Assembly (NCBI GenBank): GCA_963716395.1
Contig: OY970309.1
Location: 2,432,001-2,496,000, forward strand
Origin: an uncultured Fibrobacteria bacterium
GTDB lineage: Bacteria > Fibrobacterota > Fibrobacteria > UBA11236
DNA length: 64,000 bases
Direction of reading: 5' to 3'
A program made the translations under genes and the position numbers. Below, piece by piece: positions 1 to 12,224 of the stretch; position 1 is the first letter of the stretch, and every line of letters starts with the position of its first letter. The notes under the pieces were generated by a model, which was not told the origin of the DNA, searched no databases, and saw only the letters and a list, made by a program, of their open reading frames with translations.

Positions 1-30
1 GCCCTGAAATCCTGCGGGTCGAGAGCCGGA

Positions 31-480
31 TCAGGCGCTCTCGGATTTCCACGTTAATAAGTTCGCCTCTAATTTTTCCATTTCCTTTTTATCCAATGTT
101 TCCCCGAATAAAGGAAAGGAAATTCCATGCCGGTCGTTTTCCAATTTCACTAATGTGGTATAGGAAACCGTGTCTTCCGAGATCGATTTTTCGTCTTTCT
201 TTTTGTTATCGCCAAAAAAAACTTCCAGGTCGCTTTCGAGTTTTCCCCAATCCCGAATTAATTCTTTTTCCCGGCTCGACAGCTTCAGGGTGCTGATCAT
301 ATATGTCGAGATTTTGATCCCGATGATTTCCGAGCGTTCGTTTTTAATCCAGTTGTGGTAGATCGGGCTGCGTTTGATGATCTTGTTTACCAGGAAGGCT
401 TCGCCTTTTATTTCGTAATTGGGTTTTTCTTGAATCGATATAATTAAATACTTGTTCGGCGATTCGATTTTTTCTTTCAT
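31..480 (-). CDS. Hypothetical protein, AT-rich orphan (149 aa)
   Basis: Intact ATG-started ORF, visibly lower GC than neighbouring katG, Lys/Glu/Ile-rich; no recognisable motif. Confidence 0.65.
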   Translation of the reverse strand: MKEKIESPNKYLIISIQEKPNYEIKGEAFLVNKIIKRSPIYHNWIKNERSEIIGIKISTYMISTLKLSSREKELIRDWGKLESDLEVFFGDNKKKDEKSISEDTVSYTTLVKLENDRHGISFPLFGETLDKKEMEKLEANLLTWKSESA

Positions 481-483
481 CTG

Positions 484-630
484 CTAATGATAGGAAATCT
501 GGGCCGCATATTCTTCTTTGACCGCCAAATAGTTGTTGCGCGGCGCTTCTGACCGTATTTCCCGGGATTCTTCCCAACCGGACGCTTTCGGTTGGTGGGG
601 CGCTGCGAAGACGCGCACGAAATTAATCAA
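484..630 (-). CDS. Possible small ORF or gene remnant (48 aa, MINFVRVFAAPHQPKASGWEESREIRSEAPRNNYLAVKEEYAAQISYH)
   Basis: Hand translation; TTG start; TAG ends 3 nt before the ATG of 31..480. Confidence 0.25.
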   Translation of the reverse strand: MINFVRVFAAPHQPKASGWEESREIRSEAPRNNYLAVKEEYAAQISYH

Positions 631-789
631 CTAGTCGATTTCATCTGAGGTGGTTTTTGCCGCGACACGGTCTCGCCACTCGCCCTCACGATTCCTGGAG
701 AACAATTCCGGGTTTTGGGCGCGTCGCCTCCCAAAGCCGGGGAAGCGCGCTCCCGCTTGGATCGAGGCCGGGTGACGCTTGTGCGGCGA

Positions 790-3039
<2,250 letters not shown>

Positions 3040-3131
3040 TCAGGGCTTGACTGGGCGCGCGCTACCCCGGGTTTTTGCGCTCTGGTTGTGCGCGGTGGAG
3101 TGCGGTTAGCACAAAACGAACCGAGTGAACC

Positions 3132-5729
3132 TCATCGGCTCATAACGAATTTCCGCATACAGGCGAGGTTTCCCGAAGTTATCCGCACGAAATAGATCCC
3201 CTCCGGCAGGAATTGATTTGGAATGCTCGCTCGCCCCCCCGAGGACCGCACGGGATCGGACATCCGTTTTCCGAATGGATCGAATATCTGCGCCGTGAAT
3301 TCGAAATTCGCGTTCCAGGAAAATTCCAAGGCCGACGGGGTTTCGCGGAACCGCACGATCTCCAAGCCCGGCGTCGCCGATACGGAGGGATCCCGCACCG
3401 CCACCGATGTCGTCAGTGCTTCGATTTGCCAAGTGCCGGGGTCAACGGAGAATTTGATGTAAAGACTGTCTTCCCCGACCCCGGCAACTCCCATGCTGTC
3501 GGAAAGGAAGAGGCCGTTGCTCCATACGGGCCGGCCGTTCACGACGACTGATTTCCACGTCTGTTTTTTTGGGATTCCAATCAACGCCTTGGTTCCCGTG
3601 GGCGAAGAAAGATGCATGACGAAGCGGTTTGAAGATATTGAATCGCTTACCGAAATATTTCCCCGGACGGTGGATAGAGTCTGGCTGACCGCCGTGAGAT
3701 TGGCCATTTGCGGCAAGACGTGATAGTTGCTCCACCCCGGCGCAGTGGGCGAAACCCCCGCGATGTATTGGGACAAAATGGTATTAGGCGCATTCCAACC
3801 ATGGTTGATGGTGCCGCCCGCCAGCCCGGACCAGACCTCCCATAAGGTCGTGTATTGGGAATTCACCATTTCGGAATAACGGCTTTTCATGCGCGCCAGC
3901 GCCAACGAATCCGATCCCATCAGGGCCAGCGCCTCCAGTACGTGCTTTTCCATGTACGGGCTGGCGAAAGTCCTTTGCTGGAGTACCGTGCGAATGCCCG
4001 GGTAATGCTGCGGTTGCGCAAGCCCTGCCACGACGGCCATGGCATTGGCCCGATCATCGGGGGTCGAAAGGGAACTGGAAAGGAAATATTGGCCGCCGGT
4101 GTTCCAGAAGAGGGGAACGAAATTGGCCTCGATGCTTTTCATGCGGCTGCGGTATCCGGCCGTGTCCGCAGCGTATCCGCTCATCGCCGCCATGGGGATG
4201 GCCGCCTTGAGGGCCAGGTAATACCAGGCATTGTCCAGGATCGGAATATCGATATTGTCGCCCCAATCCCCCCAGTTCCAATCTCCGTCGCGATGTTGGA
4301 CCAGTCCATTCGCACCCATGCTCCAGACACCCAGATACTTCCGCACCGCCGGATATGCGGCGCGGATGGTGGCGGTGTCGCCGGTATTCCAGAAATAACT
4401 CCAGAATCCATACCACCCGACGCTGGCCAACATTTGCTGGGGCAATTCCTCGGTCCAAACCGTCGAGGGCGGCGCGAACAGAGTATTGTCGCTGCGCTGC
4501 CAGGCCGTGAGGGCGGTGATCGATTTGCGGATCAGGGCATTTGCATTGGTGTCCAAGGTATAGAACGTCTCTCCCAACTCGTTGGTTATGTCGCCCCACC
4601 ACAGTCCCCGTTCCCGATCCGGGCAATCGGAAAAATTGTCGAACATGTTGAGGTACAGGGTGCGGCCCGCCATGCGCCAAAGCGTGGTATAGAAAGGATC
4701 GCTGCTGGAAAAATTGCCGGTGAACTCCGCGGGGTAGCCGATCTCCCGGTAACTCAGGGAGTCGATGGTAATACCGGCGGGGATGGTATACTGTACGGTA
4801 TTGCCGCTCATCCACACGAAAGTCTCGAATTCCTGCGTACCCGCCCGGGTGATATATTCCGCCCGCACGGACGGCCCGTCCCCATAATCCAGCCAACCGG
4901 AGTACTGGTCGGTTTGGATATTGATCACCTGTCCGGCCGTCGGCGTGGTGATTTTCAAATACGCCGACACGCGCGCATCATAAGGCAGTTTGCCTTCAAT
5001 CACGCTTCCATTAGAACTCGCCGGAAGCGTGGAAGCATTGGTGTAGGCCTGCAACCCACTGTTTTTCCATTGCGGAAAGGGGCGGAGAATCATGGTATTC
5101 CAGGGAGCCGACGGTGGAATGCCCTTCGTAACGGCCAGGGGCCAAGCGGAGTCATCGTAGCCGGGCTGCTGCCAGTTTTCGATGGAGTTATTCGCAGCGT
5201 TGAAGCGCACATTGAATTCTGGCAAGCGAAAATTCGGTTGACCTCCGGTGGTGGAATTCTCGTATGCCGGATGCACCATCGCCCGCCACGTGGCATCGGA
5301 TCGCACTGCCGTTCCCCCGAAATTTCCGTCGAATAGAAAACCTCCCTTACCGCTGCTATGATGGGAATAGCCGTCTTTCCCCCAATACCAGACCAACGCG
5401 GCGATGGTGTTGGTTCCGGCAGTCAGATAAGGCGCCAGATTTATAGAGTCGTAATACGTACCGCTCGGAAGGTCCCGTTTGAGTTCCCCTTCAAACACAA
5501 CGGGTTTCCCGTTGATCCAAAGCCAGTATTTCGAATCGGCTGCCATGCGCGTGGGCGCGCTGGCGGGCGCGGAATTCAGCGTCACGGTTTTTCGGAAGCA
5601 CATCCAAGTATTCTGCGGACCGTCGGCGGTTTGCCAAATCCAATTCGCCGTCCATTGGGCGTGTACCGTCGTGGAAACGGCGAATATTATACTCAGGGCA
5701 TTTAAGCGTAGTTTGCCCTTATGCGCCAT
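3132..5729 (-). CDS. Secreted alpha-L-rhamnosidase-like GH78 protein with T9SS-like C-terminal domain
   Basis: Signal peptide (..STTVHA-Q); AADSKYWLWING; DCPDRERGLWWGD; TTLWEVW..TINHGW; tail IFDPFGKR..LPEGIYFVRI. ATG 5729 preferred over TTG 5780. Confidence 0.88.
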   Translation of the reverse strand: MAHKGKLRLNALSIIFAVSTTVHAQWTANWIWQTADGPQNTWMCFRKTVTLNSAPASAPTRMAADSKYWLWINGKPVVFEGELKRDLPSGTYYDSINLAPYLTAGTNTIAALVWYWGKDGYSHHSSGKGGFLFDGNFGGTAVRSDATWRAMVHPAYENSTTGGQPNFRLPEFNVRFNAANNSIENWQQPGYDDSAWPLAVTKGIPPSAPWNTMILRPFPQWKNSGLQAYTNASTLPASSNGSVIEGKLPYDARVSAYLKITTPTAGQVINIQTDQYSGWLDYGDGPSVRAEYITRAGTQEFETFVWMSGNTVQYTIPAGITIDSLSYREIGYPAEFTGNFSSSDPFYTTLWRMAGRTLYLNMFDNFSDCPDRERGLWWGDITNELGETFYTLDTNANALIRKSITALTAWQRSDNTLFAPPSTVWTEELPQQMLASVGWYGFWSYFWNTGDTATIRAAYPAVRKYLGVWSMGANGLVQHRDGDWNWGDWGDNIDIPILDNAWYYLALKAAIPMAAMSGYAADTAGYRSRMKSIEANFVPLFWNTGGQYFLSSSLSTPDDRANAMAVVAGLAQPQHYPGIRTVLQQRTFASPYMEKHVLEALALMGSDSLALARMKSRYSEMVNSQYTTLWEVWSGLAGGTINHGWNAPNTILSQYIAGVSPTAPGWSNYHVLPQMANLTAVSQTLSTVRGNISVSDSISSNRFVMHLSSPTGTKALIGIPKKQTWKSVVVNGRPVWSNGLFLSDSMGVAGVGEDSLYIKFSVDPGTWQIEALTTSVAVRDPSVSATPGLEIVRFRETPSALEFSWNANFEFTAQIFDPFGKRMSDPVRSSGGRASIPNQFLPEGIYFVRITSGNLACMRKFVMSR

Positions 5730-5912
5730 TTGATCCTTCTGGGCCTGATTCCTCGCCGCTCGCCGCGACTTTAGATACAAAACTCGGATGAGGTTTTTTT
5801 GATTTTAATACTCCACAGCTTGTTGCCGGGGAGCCTAATTTTAATCCTAACTTAGCCATTCTGCTTGGCGTTTCAGCCGCTCAGGATGAGCGGACCCATA
5901 CGAAATTGAGTT

Positions 5913-6425
5913 TCATTTTTCCTGATTCCGAAGGCGCGGCAGCAGGGCTTCGAGTTGGCCCAGGCCCACGGTAAAACCTTCTTTGAACCCCATCTTGATT
6001 TGGGCTTCGAGGTGCGCGAGCGAATCGCAGCGGATGTCATTGGTGACCAAGGTGAGGCCGCGGTTTTCGGAAAAGGAATTGACCCATGTCGACCCGGTGG
6101 TGGCCGGATTCACCTTTCCGTTTTCATCGCAAAAGAGGCTCCGGTAGATGAACTTTTTTTGCGGGACGATCTGGGAATAATTCTTCAAAGCCCAATGCCT
6201 CTCGCCTTGGGGGCCGACCATGGCATACAGCCAGCGCCCGCCTTCGGAAAAGTCCATGGATTTGGTTTCCGCCTTCCAGGGCTTGGGCCCCCACCATTGA
6301 TCGAGCAGTTCGGCCTCGGTCCACGCCGACCAGACTAGGTCGAGCGGCGCAGCAAAGGATCGCTCCACCTTGACGGCCAGGTTATCCTGGTCCACCACGA
6401 AATTGAAAATCTTTGCTGCGTTCAT
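5913..6425 (-). CDS. SRPBCC/AHSA1-like domain protein
   Basis: VERSFAAPLDLVWSAWTEAELLDQWWGP, MGFKEG..LGQLE; start overlaps ArsR stop (ATGA). Confidence 0.9.
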   Translation of the reverse strand: MNAAKIFNFVVDQDNLAVKVERSFAAPLDLVWSAWTEAELLDQWWGPKPWKAETKSMDFSEGGRWLYAMVGPQGERHWALKNYSQIVPQKKFIYRSLFCDENGKVNPATTGSTWVNSFSENRGLTLVTNDIRCDSLAHLEAQIKMGFKEGFTVGLGQLEALLPRLRNQEK

Positions 6426-6742
6426 TTTTCCCTCGCTTGCAACCGGGTTAATACGTCGTCCAGTTGGGTGAACCGCCGGGCCGTTAAAGCCTGGAACCGC
6501 TGCAGCCATTGTTCGATGGCGCGCATTTGGCCGGCCCGCAAACGGTATTGGATTTCGCGCCCCTGCTGTTCCTGATGCAACAGGCCGCATTCCGCCAGAA
6601 TCCGGATATGCTTCGAAACGGCCTGACGGCTGGTCTCGAAATGCTCGGCCATGGCATTCGGGGTCATGGTCTGCACGGCCAAGAGCAGGACGATGGCGCG
6701 CCGGGTCGGATCGGCGATGGCTTGGAAAATGTCTCTTCTCAT
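6422..6742 (-). CDS. ArsR/SmtB family transcriptional regulator
   Basis: DIFQAIADPTRRAI..SRQAVSKHIRILAECGL..GREIQY. Confidence 0.93.
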   Translation of the reverse strand: MRRDIFQAIADPTRRAIVLLLAVQTMTPNAMAEHFETSRQAVSKHIRILAECGLLHQEQQGREIQYRLRAGQMRAIEQWLQRFQALTARRFTQLDDVLTRLQAREK

Positions 6743-6763
6743 CCGGCTCCCGGCGGTTAAAGC

Positions 6764-6806
6764 GCAACCGTTCGGTAGCAAATATACATGCAACCAAACG
6801 ATTGCA
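6764..6806. promoter_or_regulatory. Two imperfect GCAACC-N4-GGTTGC palindromes, likely ArsR autoregulatory operators
   Basis: gcaacc-gttc-ggtagc (6764-6779) and gcaacc-aaac-gattgc (6790-6805), just upstream of the ArsR start. Confidence 0.6.
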
Positions 6807-6880
6807 CAATGCATTTCCGGGAACGCCCCGGCACGCGATGTTAAATCGAGAGGTGGTGAACGTTCTACGGCAACCGCTGG

Positions 6881-7543
6881 TCAGAGGTCAGCGTGTCTTT
6901 GGTGCCGCAGAACCACATGCGCGGCCTTCTCCGACGCCGCGAACTGAACGCACTTATATCCCAAAGTCCGCAGGTCCAATCCCGCGAACAGCCGTTCTCC
7001 CGCTCCGAGTACGACCGGAGAAATGGCAAAGTGCATTTCATCGATGAGGGCTTCACGCAGATACTGCTGTATGGTGTTGGCCCCGCCGCCGATTCTCACG
7101 TCCTTACCGGCGGCGGCCTCGCGGGCCCGATCCAGCGCTTCGTGAATACCGCCGGTGACGAAGTGAAACGTCGTGTTGCCTTCCATCTCGATACTCGGGC
7201 GCGCATGATGCGTCAAGATGAAGATGGGAACGTGATAGGGCGGGTTTTCTCCCCACCAGCCCTGCCAGTTCATGTCGGGCCAGGGACCACGAACCGGACC
7301 AAACATGTTCCTGCCGAGAATCCAGGCGCCCACATTCCGGAAGCCGCGGGCGGCGAAATCTTCGTCCACCCCGGTCGTACCGCCGTCTTTGCCGAACAAA
7401 GCCCGCTGGAAAGTGCGGGTTGGAAATGCCCACTGGTGCAGTTCCGTCCCGCCGACGCCGAGCGGGTTGTCGAGGTCTTGATTCGGACCCGCTCCGAATC
7501 CATCGAGCGAGATGGTGAAGCTTTCAACGCGAACTCGTGTCAT
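6881..7543 (-). CDS. Dihydrofolate reductase/RibD C-terminal family protein
   Basis: ISLDGFGAGP, GAWILGRNMF, DVRIGGGA, IDEMHFAISPVVLGAGERLF. Confidence 0.92.
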   Translation of the reverse strand: MTRVRVESFTISLDGFGAGPNQDLDNPLGVGGTELHQWAFPTRTFQRALFGKDGGTTGVDEDFAARGFRNVGAWILGRNMFGPVRGPWPDMNWQGWWGENPPYHVPIFILTHHARPSIEMEGNTTFHFVTGGIHEALDRAREAAAGKDVRIGGGANTIQQYLREALIDEMHFAISPVVLGAGERLFAGLDLRTLGYKCVQFAASEKAAHVVLRHQRHADL

Positions 7544-7636
7544 CTGTATTCTCCTGTTTTGGTTGACGACTGGGAAATTTTCTTACCGTATGCGCGCAGT
7601 GTGCCGGCATTCCTGCTGCACCGGTTGGATGCAATT

Positions 7637-8350
7637 TCATCTAAGCGCCAGTTCCAGTTTATGCTTTCGTTTTTCCCAATCCGGCATGGCTCTCCTCATG
7701 AATTCATAAAATCTATTTCCATGATCGTGATGCCGTAGGTGGCATAGTTCATGGGTAATGACATAATCGATACATTCCCTGGGCGCGCGCACCAGATCCA
7801 CGTTTAATGTAAGCGTGCCCTTTTTTGACAGGCTCCCCCATCTCTTTTGCAATCGCTTGATGGACAACATAGGCTTCTTAAATGATTTCTTTTCAAAGTA
7901 AGGCCAGCATCGATGCAGGCTTTCTTCGAATTTTTCCTTTGCCCTTGCGAGATACCAATTATCCAGCAAATCCTTGGCTATTCTTGTAGGCAGACCCTGT
8001 TTGACGCACACATGAAAATAACCGTGAGATAGCTTCAAGTCATTCGACGTACCGAGGGCAATCTTCAGCCGGTACTGCCTGCCAAGATAGAGGTGCGTTT
8101 CGCCACCGATGTATTTCCGGCTTGGAGTTCTTGGATTAAACTGTTGGAAATAACGCTGCTGTCGTCGAATCCAGCCGGCCCGCTTGATTATTCTTTTTTT
8201 GACTTCTTCAACTTTTGTTCCAATCGGAGCTTTGGCCATTACCGAGCAATCGGGGTGAACCGCGATTTCCAAGGTTTTTCTAGTGGCATAGATTAAGTTA
8301 AACGCGATTTCCTCTTTGCCGTACCAAACGGAATGCCTTATCGAAGTCAT
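7637..8350 (-). CDS. M48/YgjP (DUF45)-type metallopeptidase following hsdR
   Basis: GETHLYLGRQY, RWGSLS, IDYVITHELCHL.HHDH; start overlaps hsdR stop. Confidence 0.9.
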   Translation of the reverse strand: MTSIRHSVWYGKEEIAFNLIYATRKTLEIAVHPDCSVMAKAPIGTKVEEVKKRIIKRAGWIRRQQRYFQQFNPRTPSRKYIGGETHLYLGRQYRLKIALGTSNDLKLSHGYFHVCVKQGLPTRIAKDLLDNWYLARAKEKFEESLHRCWPYFEKKSFKKPMLSIKRLQKRWGSLSKKGTLTLNVDLVRAPRECIDYVITHELCHLRHHDHGNRFYEFMRRAMPDWEKRKHKLELALR

Positions 8351-11300
8351 TTTGAAGTTCGGTGTCTGGCTACCTGCATGACTTTCTCGATGAGGCCGTC
8401 CATTTGCTCCAGGGTTAACTCGACGCCCTGTTTACCTTTAATCTCGTCGTAGAGATAATCGTCGATTTCGTTCATGGCTTCCTTCTGGGCATCGTGATCG
8501 TCCCAGAACTGGACTTTCAGACGGCGGCTCAATATTTCCTGAATCGCCAAGGCCGTATTGGCGGCCAACGGTTCTGATTTCTCCTTGGCCAGCGACTGTT
8601 GTTCGAAGAAGGGTTTCACAACGCCGTAGTAGGCCATGGCATCGTCATTCCCGGCGATATTCTGGGGAATCTCGTCATGCTGCCGCGTAACGACCTTGTC
8701 GCGAATTTCCGTGACCTTGTTGAGGTATTCTAAATCCGAGATGCGCTTAGCGCGAAAATCATCGATGGCTTTCTGGATTAGCTTGGAAAACTTTTCGTAG
8801 AAAGCCGGGTCTTCATCCATTTTTTCGGTGATCGCCCGCTTCGTCGCATGGGCGATGATGTCGGCCCGGGAAGCGGCGGTTTTTGTCTCGTAAACCCCTT
8901 GTTCCTCCTTGACCATCATGAAAGCCTGATCGTCGAAAATGTTAACCGGTTCATTTAATTGGATGACTTCATTGGCCTGGATATGCGTGTCCAATAGTTT
9001 CTTGATTTTCGGCTCGTAGTCCCGGTAGTCGATGGCCTCGGCGTAGCGCAGTTTAACGGCGGCCTTTAAGTTTTGGAATTTTTTTAAATCGTCCTTATAC
9101 CTGCGTAGTTTTTCCGCTTCGATTTTCATGATGAAAGTTTCGGTCGAAAGCGCTATCCCCAAGGTCTTGCTGTATTCGGCCAAGCGTTGATAGAAATCTT
9201 CGCGTAAAGCGGGATCGGCCAGTACCACCTCGTAACCCTCTTCGTCATAACTGTTTTTAACCTCCTTGAAGAGTTCCCAGAGATCGGAATATCGTTGCGG
9301 AAGTTTTTGTACCTCCGCGTTCACGGAAAGCAACGTTCCGGCCAAGTCCTCCTCATCAAAGCCCTCGAAGGCGTCGTACATGGTGAGAGCCTTATCCAAT
9401 TCCCCGAGAAGGCCCACGTAATCGACGACATAACCATAATCCTTACCCTCGCTGAGGCGGTTCACGCGGGCAATGGCTTGCAACAGGGTGTGTTCCCGCA
9501 AATCTTTGCACAGATAAATCACCATATTGCGCGGCGCATCGAATCCGGTCAAGAGCTTACTGACCACGACCAAGATTTCCGGTTCGGCCCCATGTTTGAA
9601 CTGGTTGATGATTTGCTTGGTGTATTCTTCCTCGCTGCCGTAGCGATCCATCATTTTTTTCCAGAACTTGACCACTTCGTCGGAAGGCTCCTCATCCGTT
9701 TCTTCGTAGCCTTCGCGGGTATCCGGCGGAGAAATCACCACCTCCGAGGTTACGGAACCAATATCCGATAGGTGCTTCTGATATTTCAGCGCCGCCGCCT
9801 TGTTCGGAGCCACCAATTGCGCCTTGAAACCCGTTCCTTGCCAGGTCGCCCGGAAATGTTCGCTGATGTCAAAGGCGCGCATGTAAATAACCTGATCGGC
9901 CTTGTTCAGCATTTCGGCCCGGGAGTATTTCTTCTTCAGATCCGCCTGTTGTTCGCGGGTCAGTCCTTGGGTGTGACGCTCGAACCATAAATCGATGGCG
10001 GCCTTGTTCTGCTCCATCTCCACGTGGCGGCCTTCATACAGCAAGGGAACTACGGCCCCATCCTTGACCGCCTGGGTGATGGAATAATGCGGCTCGATAA
10101 GCCCGCCGAATTTAACGAAGTTGTTTTTTTCCTTTTTTAGAAGCGGCGTACCGGTGAACCCCAGATAGCAGGCATTCGGGAACATTTGCCGCATCCGCGC
10201 CGAAAACGATCCGAAATTGGTGCGATGGCTTTCATCCACCAACATGAAGATTTCGGTGGACTCGTCCTTGAATTTTCCCGCGTTCAAAGCTTTGTCGAAT
10301 TTGTGGATCAAGGTGGTTACGATGCCCGCCTTATCTTCGGCCACAAGCTCCAGTAAATGCCGCCCGGAAACGGCGCGATTCGGAGATAGTCCGCAAGCCG
10401 CAAAGGTGTTGCCCAACTGCTTGTCGAGGTCGTCTCTGTCGGTGACCAAGACGATGCGCGGATTGGGAATTCCCGATTCCAAGGCTAAGCTTCGCGCCAA
10501 CATGACCATGGTGAGGGATTTACCCGACCCCTGGGTATGCCAGATAACGCCACCCTTACGACGACCGTCACCGTCCAATTGCTTGATGCGTTCTAGCGTG
10601 GACTTGATGACGAAGTACTGTTGGTAGCGGGCGATTTTTTTAATCCCGCCGTCGAAAACCGTGTACTTATAAGCCAGTTCCAACAATCGTTCCGGCCGGC
10701 ACAGGCTGTAAAGGATTTTGTCCTGCTCGGTAACCAGCCGCTTCCCTTCGCTTTCCAGGGAATCAAAAAATTCCCGCGCCGGGGAAAATTCCCCACTGAA
10801 TAACGCGTCTTTTTTCTCGAATCCCAACGGCGCGTTGACGTGGCGCTCCACTTCGGCTTCCTTGTCCCGCAATTCCTTCCAAACACCCCAAAATTTTGCC
10901 GGAGTGCCGATGGTGGCGTATTGAGCCTCGTTCTTGTTTATCCCCAGCACCATTTGGGCGTAGACAAAAAGCCTGGGAATATGATCGTCGCTTTGGTTGC
11001 GGACGGATTGGGAAATGGCCTGGGCCAATTCCACCTGGGGCGATTTGCATTCGAGGACGGCAAAGGGTATTCCGTTGACGAATAGCACGATATCCGGCCG
11101 CACGGTTTCCATGCTACGTGAGCGTTCTACGCTGAATTCGGCGGTGGCGTGGAAGATGTTGCGCTTCCAGTTGCGCCAGTCTATGAAGTTAAGGTTGAAA
11201 CTCTTGGAGTCTCCCTCAATGGTTTGCTCCAGTGAGGTTCCCAAAGTCAGGAGGTCATAAATGTTTTCATTGGTCCTGAGCAAGCCGTCGTACTTGACGT

Positions 11301-11610
11301 TCTTCAATTTCTGAACGGCGCTTTGAATGTTTTCTTCGCTGAATAAAAACTCCCGACCCTTGTAATTGATGCGGTTGATTTTTTTGAGCTGATCGCGGAG
11401 GATGTTTTCGAGAAGTACGTTGGCGGTTTTACCCTGACGCTCGGCAAGGGCTTGTTCCGGGGACAGGTATTCAAAGCCAAGGTTGAGGAGAACCTGGAGG
11501 GCGGGGATTTGGGAAAGATATTTTTCGTTGAAGCGAAAGCCGGCCTCTGGCAGGGGTTCAACATTTTGAACATCTGACGGATGGTGATTTTCGCGTGCCT
11601 TACCATTCAT
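8347..11610 (-). CDS. hsdR: Type I restriction endonuclease subunit R
   Basis: RPDIVLFVNGIP..ECK nuclease; WHTQGSGKS; DESHR; GFTGTP; LLTGFDAP; LLQAIARVNR. Confidence 0.97.
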   Translation of the reverse strand: MNGKARENHHPSDVQNVEPLPEAGFRFNEKYLSQIPALQVLLNLGFEYLSPEQALAERQGKTANVLLENILRDQLKKINRINYKGREFLFSEENIQSAVQKLKNVKYDGLLRTNENIYDLLTLGTSLEQTIEGDSKSFNLNFIDWRNWKRNIFHATAEFSVERSRSMETVRPDIVLFVNGIPFAVLECKSPQVELAQAISQSVRNQSDDHIPRLFVYAQMVLGINKNEAQYATIGTPAKFWGVWKELRDKEAEVERHVNAPLGFEKKDALFSGEFSPAREFFDSLESEGKRLVTEQDKILYSLCRPERLLELAYKYTVFDGGIKKIARYQQYFVIKSTLERIKQLDGDGRRKGGVIWHTQGSGKSLTMVMLARSLALESGIPNPRIVLVTDRDDLDKQLGNTFAACGLSPNRAVSGRHLLELVAEDKAGIVTTLIHKFDKALNAGKFKDESTEIFMLVDESHRTNFGSFSARMRQMFPNACYLGFTGTPLLKKEKNNFVKFGGLIEPHYSITQAVKDGAVVPLLYEGRHVEMEQNKAAIDLWFERHTQGLTREQQADLKKKYSRAEMLNKADQVIYMRAFDISEHFRATWQGTGFKAQLVAPNKAAALKYQKHLSDIGSVTSEVVISPPDTREGYEETDEEPSDEVVKFWKKMMDRYGSEEEYTKQIINQFKHGAEPEILVVVSKLLTGFDAPRNMVIYLCKDLREHTLLQAIARVNRLSEGKDYGYVVDYVGLLGELDKALTMYDAFEGFDEEDLAGTLLSVNAEVQKLPQRYSDLWELFKEVKNSYDEEGYEVVLADPALREDFYQRLAEYSKTLGIALSTETFIMKIEAEKLRRYKDDLKKFQNLKAAVKLRYAEAIDYRDYEPKIKKLLDTHIQANEVIQLNEPVNIFDDQAFMMVKEEQGVYETKTAASRADIIAHATKRAITEKMDEDPAFYEKFSKLIQKAIDDFRAKRISDLEYLNKVTEIRDKVVTRQHDEIPQNIAGNDDAMAYYGVVKPFFEQQSLAKEKSEPLAANTALAIQEILSRRLKVQFWDDHDAQKEAMNEIDDYLYDEIKGKQGVELTLEQMDGLIEKVMQVARHRTSK
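11551..11576. repeat. Degenerate REP-like palindrome inside the hsdR 5' end
   Basis: caggggttcaacattttgaacatctg, similar to the 28-bp palindrome at 11914-11941. Confidence 0.65.
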
Positions 11611-12220
11611 GACGCGCCCTCCTCTCCATTTTTTCTTCGATCCCCGAGGGGCGCAGAGAATCGATTTCCCAGCGAAAGGGATTATTACGGATGTATTCCC
11701 GCGTCCGGTTCAATTCGGTGTCATCACGGATGACCCGTTCCCAATAATTCCGTTGCCATGGTTTTTGTATCTGAGTGTTTTGGCGGCACCATTTCGTCAC
11801 ACCGATTTTGAATCCCCGAACGATGGTCCCCACGGATTTCGGGATGATTTTCTGGTATCGGTGAACGTTCGATCCAATGGATAAATTCCCCGGTCGGGGT
11901 TCATCGTCCGGCAGTCGGGGTTCAAAATTTTGAACCCCGACCGGGGAGGAATAGCCGATCACGATGATTCCATGCACATGGTTCGGCATAACCGTGAATT
12001 CATCCAATTGAACCACGGGATAATGCATCGGAATCGCCCGCCAACAATCGAAAACCATCCGACCCATATCGCTCAGGCGAATTTCTGCATCCATGATTTC
12101 CCCGAACAGGCATTTCCGGTTCTGCGTGCATAGGGTGATGAAATAAGCGCCGGGTGCGGAATAGTCGAATTCCCGCATGCGGATGGAGCGGCGATGATGC
12201 TTTTCGGGCTGGTATTTCAT
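11600..12220 (-). mobile_element. REP-associated tyrosine transposase-like HUH/Y1 protein (RAYT, IS200/IS605 superfamily)
   Basis: HHRRSIR..DYS..GAYFITLCT; MPNHVHGII (HuH); WQRNYWERVIR; REYIRNNP (catalytic Tyr). Confidence 0.92.
11887..11947. repeat. REP-like perfect palindrome with an extra upstream arm
   Basis: gtcggggttcaaaa|ttttgaaccccgac (11914-11941) is a perfect palindrome; 11887-11903 is the exact reverse complement of 11931-11947. Confidence 0.85.
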
Positions 12221-12224
12221 GGGC

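Noticed and set aside
11600-12220. IS605-type element with TnpB/omega-RNA
   Set aside because: No tnpB and no non-coding space on either side of the HUH gene
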